64,000 bases of DNA from an uncultured Colwellia sp. Lineage in GTDB: Bacteria > Pseudomonadota > Gammaproteobacteria > Enterobacterales > Alteromonadaceae. Below, in pieces: positions 20,718 to 28,328 of the stretch (position 1 is the stretch's first letter; each line of letters begins with the position of its first letter). A program made the position numbers and the translations under genes. Location: the NCBI GenBank assembly GCA_913058405.1, contig CAJXRC010000002.1, positions 2,932-66,931 on the forward strand, written 5' to 3'. Under the pieces are notes generated by a model, which saw only the letters and a list, made by a program, of their open reading frames with translations, did no database searches and was not told the DNA's origin.

Positions 20718-23519
20718 TTACCATTCTTTTAAAAGGCTATTAGCAGCCTTTTTCTCAGGGAAACTTTGCTCACTATCTATCGCTTCAATTAAATACTTTT
20801 TAGCTTCTACTTTTCTTGAAAGAGCAAATAATGTGACGGCAGTATGGTACTTCACTTCAGCATTATCAAAGTCTTTGATCAGTGCTAAACGAAACAGTGC
20901 AATCGCTTGTTTGTGCTCACCTAATCTACTTTTAATCCAAGCAAGTGTATCAATAATAACGACGTTTTCAGGTAAATAACCATAGGCTTGTTGCGCATAT
21001 TGTTTAGCCTTATCAACATTACCTAAGGTAAATTCAACACTGGCGGCATTATTTAATAAAATAGGTAAGGGCCCATATTTTTTAATGAGTGTTTGGTATT
21101 GCTCAGCAGATTTTTGCATTTGAAGATTAGCTTTATAACTATCAGCAAGTGCGATAGCGACTAACATGTCATTAGGGTATTTCTTTAGCCACTTTTTCAG
21201 TGGGTTTATTGCTTTACTCGGATTATCTTGTTGTTTGTAACTACGATATAAACCGAGAATTGCTTGTTTTTGATCTGACTTTTCTAACGCGCGTAGATAA
21301 AACCTAATAGACTGCGTATTGTCACCTAAAGCAAGATATAAATCCCCTTTGAGTACCAAGGCTAAGCTATCACTTTGAGTAATATCGGCAATGGAAGAAA
21401 TTAGGCTTAATGAAAACCCTTCATTTTTATCCTTAATCGTGAGATTCACTAGACCAATATAAGCTGGCAAGTGCTTATCATCAGCTATTATGGCTTTCTT
21501 ATAAGATTTAATTGCACCAGTATTATCTCCAGCTTTCAGCTGTGCTCTAGCGAGGATGATGAGTGCATTCGCTTTTTTACGAGATTTTTCAACATATTCT
21601 CTTAATGCTAAGACCGCTTGTTGGTGTTTGTTTTGTTGTTGGTACAATGTGGCAATCGTCAGTAAAGCTTGTGGCTTTTTCGGATTTGCCCCAATAAATT
21701 CGTCGACTAAATCAACTGCTTCATCCAATTTATTTTGTTGCGTTAAAATACGACTTAACTTTAACACCACATAAAAGTCATTCGGATCTTGTGCATATGA
21801 TTTTTGTATCCAAAGTAAAGCGTTATCAATATCCTTCTTGAATAAATAACTGTCAGATATTTCAGTCATCAATAAAATGTTTTTATCAAATATTGCCAGT
21901 TTAGTTTGTAAAAATTTAAGTGCTTTATCAAAGTCACCAGCAATATTATCCATACGCGCTAAATGCACCATAGCAATGATGTTGGCATCATTTAACTTAA
22001 GTGATTGTTCAAATGCAGCTCTGGCTTCAGGCACTTGTCTGTTCAAGCCATAAAGAATACCAATGCGTTGTTGGAAAAAGCTGTTTTGTGGAAATTCTTT
22101 TATCAATGCCTTAGCAACATCAATCGCAGAAGTATAATTTTTGGTGTTTTGGTATGAATCAATAAGTAACAATTTGATTTGTGTACCATTAAGTTCGTTA
22201 TCCTTAACTGCAGATAGAACCTCGATGGCTGATTGATAGTCACCTGATTGCATTTTGCTGCGTGCTAAGTTACTGACACTGATGGTTGAGTGGGGGTAGC
22301 TATCAACTACTTTTTCAAAATAAAATTGTGCTTTAGCACTGTCTTCTAACTGTAAATACGTTAAGCCTAACAACGTGAGAATATCAGGGTTTCCTGGGCG
22401 TGCTACATTGGTTTTAGTGAGTAAGTTTCTTGCTGAATTTAAATCACCTTGCTCTATTTCAATACTAGCCAACATACGTACGCTATCAATATCAAATTCT
22501 ACGTAACTTAGATAATAACTTAGGTAGCGATGGGCATCATTTAAGTTACCAAATTGAAAATTAGTTAAGCCAGCTAAAAAATAGTAATCAGGGGTATTTC
22601 GCATGACTTCAGGTGGAACCGCAGCTAATGTTGCTATGACTTCAGTTAATTTCTTATTCCCTGAATCGTCATTGTCGATACTAGATAAACTGGCATTGAT
22701 TACTGCTTTTAAATAACCGGCTCTCGGCTCATTAGGGATTTCGTTAAGAATGAAATCTACATGAGGAGCGGCTTGCTGATATTCTTTTAATTCAATATGC
22801 AACATTGCTTTAGTTAAGCGAGCAGATAAGTGTTTATCGTTAATCTTGAGTGCTTCATCGATAGCAAGTAATGCACCTTGTCGATCATCTAAACGATGTA
22901 ATATTTTAGATTTTAAGATCCAGCCATTAATAAAGGGTTTCACACTGGTAAGAGATAAATCAATATAGCTTAATGCTTGATCAACCTCTGATGCTTGCAA
23001 AGCAATTTGTGCTCTACCTAACAAGGCTAACTGGTTTTTGGGTTTTAAACTAAGTGCTGTAATAAAAGCTTTATCGGCTAAGTTATATTGTTTTTTACCA
23101 ATATAAGCCTGGCCTCGAATGAGTAATAGCTCACTTTCAATTTGCTCGTTACGTTGACCTAATTTCGCCATCGCTATTGCTTCATCATACTTACCTTGTA
23201 ATACATAAGCTTGTCCGTATAGCGTAATCAATCGATCATTATCAACTTTACCATCTCTTGCGCGATCAAGCTCAATTTGTGCGGCAGAGCCATTGCCTTG
23301 AGTGATTAATATTTGCGCCATTAAAACCCGAGACGGCATATGCGTCGGGTTCTCTTGAATAATATTTTTTAGATGGATAATGGCACTAGAATACTCTTCA
23401 TTTTGAAAAGCAATTAAGGCTTCTTCATAATTGGCATCAAGTTTTTCATTAGCAAAGGTTGCAGCGGAAATAAATAATAATGAGAGTAGGGATGCACGTA
23501 AGCTATTTTTAATTTTCAT
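20718..23519 (-). CDS. prsT: XrtA/PEP-CTERM system TPR-repeat protein PrsT
   Basis: 933 aa of TPRs after a signal peptide. N-terminal AIIHLKN..Q.NP and C-terminal IIDTLAWI...YH.A motifs. Divergent from a PEP-CTERM gene. Confidence 0.85.
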   Translation of the reverse strand: MKIKNSLRASLLSLLFISAATFANEKLDANYEEALIAFQNEEYSSAIIHLKNIIQENPTHMPSRVLMAQILITQGNGSAAQIELDRARDGKVDNDRLITLYGQAYVLQGKYDEAIAMAKLGQRNEQIESELLLIRGQAYIGKKQYNLADKAFITALSLKPKNQLALLGRAQIALQASEVDQALSYIDLSLTSVKPFINGWILKSKILHRLDDRQGALLAIDEALKINDKHLSARLTKAMLHIELKEYQQAAPHVDFILNEIPNEPRAGYLKAVINASLSSIDNDDSGNKKLTEVIATLAAVPPEVMRNTPDYYFLAGLTNFQFGNLNDAHRYLSYYLSYVEFDIDSVRMLASIEIEQGDLNSARNLLTKTNVARPGNPDILTLLGLTYLQLEDSAKAQFYFEKVVDSYPHSTISVSNLARSKMQSGDYQSAIEVLSAVKDNELNGTQIKLLLIDSYQNTKNYTSAIDVAKALIKEFPQNSFFQQRIGILYGLNRQVPEARAAFEQSLKLNDANIIAMVHLARMDNIAGDFDKALKFLQTKLAIFDKNILLMTEISDSYLFKKDIDNALLWIQKSYAQDPNDFYVVLKLSRILTQQNKLDEAVDLVDEFIGANPKKPQALLTIATLYQQQNKHQQAVLALREYVEKSRKKANALIILARAQLKAGDNTGAIKSYKKAIIADDKHLPAYIGLVNLTIKDKNEGFSLSLISSIADITQSDSLALVLKGDLYLALGDNTQSIRFYLRALEKSDQKQAILGLYRSYKQQDNPSKAINPLKKWLKKYPNDMLVAIALADSYKANLQMQKSAEQYQTLIKKYGPLPILLNNAASVEFTLGNVDKAKQYAQQAYGYLPENVVIIDTLAWIKSRLGEHKQAIALFRLALIKDFDNAEVKYHTAVTLFALSRKVEAKKYLIEAIDSEQSFPEKKAANSLLKEW

Positions 23520-23698
23520 GGGATACCAATTTAATGATTATTCTCTGTATGGCGACAATGTGTGGTTAATCTTACTAAGCAACTAACGAGGATTAACAAA
23601 ATTCTTAGAATAAATAAAACGCTAAAATAGTAACACTGTTAGCCACTTCTTTGATAAACATTTATCTAAAAATAATAGGTGAAGTGTACTTTTTACTG

Positions 23699-23715
23699 TG
23701 TCAGGATTTTTTACA
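23699..23715 (+). promoter_or_regulatory. Putative enhancer (TGT-N11-ACA) for a sigma54 activator, PrsR-type
   Basis: TGTCAGGATTTTTTACA lies about 75 bp upstream of a sigma54 site in front of the PEP-CTERM gene. Confidence 0.6.
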
Positions 23716-23788
23716 ATAGAAGATATTACTCTATAGTTTTATCAACTTAACAGGTCTGATATGTTGCTATATGGTTAATTCTAAGTGT

Positions 23789-23804
23789 TGGTATAATAAT
23801 TGCT
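23789..23804 (+). promoter_or_regulatory. Sigma54 (-24/-12) promoter
   Basis: TGGTATAATAATTGCT has exact GG-N10-GC spacing. Confidence 0.75.
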
Positions 23805-23894
23805 TATTGCTGAGGTAATTGGTAATGAGTGTAAAAAATAACTAGCTCATTCTTTCTCTATTTCTCAATCTGAAAGTGATAACGTAATAAAACT

Positions 23895-24686
23895 ATGACT
23901 TTAATTAAAAAAATATTTAAAACTCTTGCGGTAACTGCTTTATTTTCATCTGCTAATGTTTTAGCTGCTGATTTCCTTGTTGATACTACTATTACAGACT
24001 CCATTGGCGATGCACATGGCCCTTCTGGTAAAGAATGGGTATATGAAATTGAAAAAATGGATGTTCAATGGGCAAGTAATGACGTAATTACCGTTGATGT
24101 TTATACCAATTTTGTTGATTACAATAATGAAAAAAGCACTGGTTCTACTAACGGTGTGAGTAATGGCAATATTGTTTTAGGTGATCTTCTTATTAGTACC
24201 AATGGTGATAATACTCCATTCAATTATGCCTTTGTATTATCTGATGATGATCGCGGCCAGAAGTACTATCAAAAAAGTCACTGGGATAAAACAGGTACTC
24301 TGACTGAGATTGATTCTACGGTAACGTCTAAAACGTACCACAATGAGTCTAATAGTGTACAAGACGGCGAGGTCATTGCAGGTAACCAAATTGGTAATGG
24401 CGTTGAGAGTGCTTGGTCTGTGGACAGACAAAATACTGGTAGCAACCGCGATAATTATGATGTGATTAGCTTTAGTTTTAACGTAAATGGTATTGATGCC
24501 TTTCAAAATGCTTCACAGCTGGCGTTCAGTTGGGCAATGTCTTGTGCAAATGATATGGTACATGGTGTAGTAGATGTTAACCGTCCTACCAGTGTTCCAG
24601 AGCCGACAACATGGTTACTTATGCTGTTAGCACTTGTTTTCATGGCTAAAAAGCACAATAAAAAAGCCAATGACTTTTCTGCTTAG
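23895..24686 (+). CDS. PEP-CTERM sorting-domain surface protein
   Basis: Signal peptide, WAMSCAND motif, and C-terminal VPEPTT followed by a hydrophobic helix and KKHNKK. Confidence 0.92.
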   Translation: MTLIKKIFKTLAVTALFSSANVLAADFLVDTTITDSIGDAHGPSGKEWVYEIEKMDVQWASNDVITVDVYTNFVDYNNEKSTGSTNGVSNGNIVLGDLLISTNGDNTPFNYAFVLSDDDRGQKYYQKSHWDKTGTLTEIDSTVTSKTYHNESNSVQDGEVIAGNQIGNGVESAWSVDRQNTGSNRDNYDVISFSFNVNGIDAFQNASQLAFSWAMSCANDMVHGVVDVNRPTSVPEPTTWLLMLLALVFMAKKHNKKANDFSA

Positions 24687-24735
24687 TTCGCTTTGTCTTG
24701 ATTCTGTAATTATAAGAATTAACTAGCAACCAAGT

Positions 24736-24768
24736 ATAAAAAAAACGACCTTTAGGTCGTTTTTTTAT
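24736..24768 (+). terminator. Intrinsic terminator
   Basis: AAAAAAACGACCT-TT-AGGTCGTTTTTTT. Confidence 0.85.
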
Positions 24769-24859
24769 GCTCGAAACAAACATATGATTACCCATATAGA
24801 TAAAGCTGTTAACATGCTCATCATTAATCGCTTTATCCAGTAAACGTTACAGAATACCT

Positions 24860-25072
24860 ATGACAGATAAAAATGATGACAGTATTTGTCCCTTATGCCA
24901 GCAAAAGAATCGCTGCGGTGTTAAAGCGGCCAGTAATTGCTGGTGTATGAATACTCAAGTGCCTGAAGCGCTGTTAGCAAAAATACCAACGCATCTGAAA
25001 GGCATTAGTTGCGTATGCAATGCTTGTATTGATCGTTATTGGCTTCAACAACGTGTAAAAGCAAAAGAATAA
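24860..25072 (+). CDS. Cysteine-rich CWC family protein
   Basis: CPLC..N.C....CWC...CVCNAC. Confidence 0.88.
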   Translation: MTDKNDDSICPLCQQKNRCGVKAASNCWCMNTQVPEALLAKIPTHLKGISCVCNACIDRYWLQQRVKAKE

Positions 25073-25190
25073 TAATTTGATGATTATGATGACTGTGCAA
25101 AGCGTAAAAATAAAAGCACAACAGCATAAATAATTTTTAGGGCTTAGCTCTACGCAAATAGTTCGCATTCAAGTAACATACCTCCTATAA

Positions 25191-26699
25191 ATGTATTTTC
25201 TCGAAACCGTTATGAATAAAACCTCAGAGGCATATCAGCCATTACTTAGCTCAAATGCAAAAGTTGCCATAATTGGTGGCGGTGTTGCGGGTTCAACTAT
25301 CGCATTGCGTTTTGCAGAATTAGGCTTAGACACTACGCTGATAGAAAAGGGTCCAAGCTTAGTTAATGGCCCGCCTATTTGTCACTTGCATGCTGGCGGT
25401 AACTTGTACCGTGAGATTTGTGATGAACAATGCCTTACATTATTACAGCAATCAATAGACACGGTTAAAGTCTATCCTCAAAGCGTTAATATTCGGCCAA
25501 CAGTGATAGCTTTGCCTAAAACCGATAAGGGCCAGCCAGAAGATTTACTACCTCGATTAAAGAAGTTACGTGCTAAATACAGTGAACTTGTCACTCAAGA
25601 TAGTGATAACAAGGTACTTGGGGAACCAGAAAACTATTTTCGATTTTATTCACGCGCAGAGCTTGATGCTTTACGTGAATTACCTTTAGCCAAAACGGCA
25701 CAACATGATAGTGATTGGTTAATCGCTTTTGCACAACACGTTGATTTAGATAGTTTGAAGTTTCCTGTATTGCTCGTGCAAGAGTATGGTTTATCTGCGT
25801 TTCGTTTTGCCGCTATCGCAAGCTTAGCAATAGAGGAGTTACCTAGTTGTCATCTTCAAACCGATAGCCAAGTGGTTGCCATTACTCAGGACGACAGTAC
25901 CTTAGGTTGGCAAGTATCGACTCAAGCATTATCTCCACACCATCAAAGTCCGACTATCATTGAACAGCACTTTGACTATGTTATTAATGCTTGCGGTTTT
26001 AAAAGTGGTGAAATTGATGACATGGTCAGCGCCAAACGTAAACGTATGGTGGAATTCAAAGCGGCTTATGTTGCACATTGGCCTCAATGCCAAGGGTTAT
26101 GGCCTGAGATTGTTTTTTATGGTGAGCGAGGTACTCCGCAAGGTATGGCGCAATTAACTCCTTACCCTGATGGTTATTTTCAGCTACATGGCATGACACA
26201 AGACATCACCTTATTTGACCAAGGATTAGTTGCGAGTTCGTTAGAAAGTGCGCAGCCGCAATTAGCAAAGCGCTTTATCGAAAAGATTGATAAAAAATGG
26301 CCAGAGCAGTTAGTGCATAATCGAACCTTAGGTTCTATTGATCATATTGCTCAGTTTGTTCCTACTTTTGATACCGCAACGGTTGCAGCTAAACCGCTAT
26401 TTGGTGCGCAGCAAATTCCGGGTGAAGATGCTGATTTACGTGCTGCTGATGTGTCATTCTATGGTCAACACTATGCACGTACTGAAATAGTTAAAGCCTC
26501 ATCGGCTTTAGCCGCAGCCGATGCAATTTTAAATAATCTAGTCGATTGCGGATTAATTGATGCATTACAATTAGGCGATTATCTAACGCAGCATTACTTC
26601 CCCGTAAGCCAACAGTGCTGCGAAATAAAAGTAACTGAACGTGCAATGATGTTAGCTAAGCAGCGCGATTATCCAATGGCGTTAGCAAAAAACCTGTGA
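25191..26699 (+). CDS. FAD-dependent oxidoreductase of unknown substrate
   Basis: IIGGGVAG, CHLHAGGNLYRE, VINACG. Start may be ATG 25212. Confidence 0.8.
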   Translation: MYFLETVMNKTSEAYQPLLSSNAKVAIIGGGVAGSTIALRFAELGLDTTLIEKGPSLVNGPPICHLHAGGNLYREICDEQCLTLLQQSIDTVKVYPQSVNIRPTVIALPKTDKGQPEDLLPRLKKLRAKYSELVTQDSDNKVLGEPENYFRFYSRAELDALRELPLAKTAQHDSDWLIAFAQHVDLDSLKFPVLLVQEYGLSAFRFAAIASLAIEELPSCHLQTDSQVVAITQDDSTLGWQVSTQALSPHHQSPTIIEQHFDYVINACGFKSGEIDDMVSAKRKRMVEFKAAYVAHWPQCQGLWPEIVFYGERGTPQGMAQLTPYPDGYFQLHGMTQDITLFDQGLVASSLESAQPQLAKRFIEKIDKKWPEQLVHNRTLGSIDHIAQFVPTFDTATVAAKPLFGAQQIPGEDADLRAADVSFYGQHYARTEIVKASSALAAADAILNNLVDCGLIDALQLGDYLTQHYFPVSQQCCEIKVTERAMMLAKQRDYPMALAKNL

Positions 26700-26725
26700 A
26701 ATCCTCTCTATTCTTAACGCTATAG

Positions 26726-27406
26726 TTAATGTTTTAGTGCGGTTAGTAGTTCAGCAAAAGTATCAAAGCACCACTGCGGCTGATATTGATTGATATCCTC
26801 TCCGTAGTTATAACCATAGGTTAAGCCGACACTATCTATGTTGGCTGCTTTTGCCGCTAAGATATCATTTTTAGAATCGCCAATCATCACACACTCTTCA
26901 GCCGTGACGTTAAGTTGCTCTAGGGCATAGTGTAACTGTGCTGGATGGGGTTTTTTCTCCGCTAACGTATCACCACCAATTAATAACTCAAACAGGTTAT
27001 CAATACCTAAGCCCGTTAAGATCGGTTGAATAAAAATGGCCGGTTTGTTGGTAATAATCGCAAGGCGGAAGCCTGCCGCTTTTAAGGAAAGCAACCCTTC
27101 TTGAACATCGTCATACAATACTGATTCTATACATAAGCACTGCTGGTAATGGGCTAGAAAAATGCTTAGCGCATCTTTAGTGTGCGTTTTATCTAATTCT
27201 ATATCAATGATTGCTGAACCCGATAATGCGCGTTCAATTAATACCTTGGCACCATTACCTACCCAATGGTGAATTGTGTCTTGGTCGAAAGTCGCTTTGT
27301 TTAAATCTTTAAGGGTTCTATTTACGGCTAAAGCAAGATCAGGGGCACTGTCTACTAAGGTGCCATCGAGATCGAATAACAGGACATTTTTTTCTTCAAG
27401 ATTCAC
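26726..27406 (-). CDS. gph: Phosphoglycolate phosphatase (HAD)
   Basis: FDLDGTLVDS, ITNKP, KKPHP, MIGDSKND, YGYNYG. Confidence 0.92.
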   Translation of the reverse strand: MNLEEKNVLLFDLDGTLVDSAPDLALAVNRTLKDLNKATFDQDTIHHWVGNGAKVLIERALSGSAIIDIELDKTHTKDALSIFLAHYQQCLCIESVLYDDVQEGLLSLKAAGFRLAIITNKPAIFIQPILTGLGIDNLFELLIGGDTLAEKKPHPAQLHYALEQLNVTAEECVMIGDSKNDILAAKAANIDSVGLTYGYNYGEDINQYQPQWCFDTFAELLTALKH

Positions 27407-27656
27407 AGGTTTCTCAATAGGGGATAGGAAAAAGTTAGGTGATTATTTTACCATGTCATTGGTAATAGTGCAGGCAAAAGTGCTGTCAGGAATAGCCAAT
27501 TGCCCGAGCTTAGATTTTATAGCCGATATTCTGTATTGGAGTTAAGTGAAATTACTACCATTTATATTAAATAAGGCTATAACTTTCACTTTAAAATAAG
27601 CCGTGGCATGAATTTCAAGAACAAGGTGTTTGCTTAAAAAATGAGAAAGTCTGCAT

Positions 27657-27711
27657 AAATATTACATCGTATTACAGCCACTATTACTTTTAATCTTCCT
27701 ATGCCTATAAT
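27657..27711 (+). promoter_or_regulatory. ATTACA-N4-ATTACA direct-repeat operator plus -10 box upstream of the DP-EP gene
   Basis: AAATATTACATCGTATTACAGC at 27657-27678, a third ATTAC at 27683 in the -35 position, and a perfect TATAAT at 27706-27711. The same motif recurs at 32331-32352 on the minus strand. Confidence 0.7.
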
Positions 27712-27763
27712 GTCGTGACTTGTTTTTATGCAGTTGAAATTTAAATTAAAAAAGGAAAGAGTT

Positions 27764-28318
27764 ATGAATGCACCGGAAAACCTAGCACTTGATATGCAAA
27801 CCATTACCGTGCCGTTCACGTCCAATATCGATGATGATTTAGTTGGTTCAGTGGTAACTTTCTTTAAAGTTCAACCTACTCAAAGTGGTGAGGATTGGGT
27901 TACTGAATTAGTTAATACCTCCACTGCGACAGCATCGCTAGCCCCATCTTTATTATTTCAATTTGAGTCAGTTAACACCCCCAGTGGTATACAAAAAGAA
28001 CTTGAACCGCATCAGAAAGTAACGCTGATTGTTGACCTACAACAAAATGAAACTGAGTTGTGGCAATTTTATGGGGCAGGTGTTGTTTTTATTGATGAGC
28101 CGCCAGCAAATCAATTGCGCGTACAAACCGAAATAAAATACCAAGGACAGCGTTTAGTTATCACGGTAGATAATGTCGACAATAATTTGGATATTACTGA
28201 ATTAGCCTTTCGTTATGTTGCTTCGTGCATAGATGTAAGTAATAAAGGTGCTGGCGAATTGAAGGTATATTATTCGCAAGATCCTAAGATTGCGGTGCGA
28301 CGACGTAAAGATAATTAA
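27764..28318 (+). CDS. DP-EP (DUF1888-like) family protein
   Basis: Beta-rich sequence with F.G..F, GQRL and a C-terminal YYSQDP motif; no signal peptide. RBS AAGGA before ATG 27764. Family recognised by eye. Confidence 0.65.
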   Translation: MNAPENLALDMQTITVPFTSNIDDDLVGSVVTFFKVQPTQSGEDWVTELVNTSTATASLAPSLLFQFESVNTPSGIQKELEPHQKVTLIVDLQQNETELWQFYGAGVVFIDEPPANQLRVQTEIKYQGQRLVITVDNVDNNLDITELAFRYVASCIDVSNKGAGELKVYYSQDPKIAVRRRKDN

Positions 28319-28328
28319 TAGAGAACAA

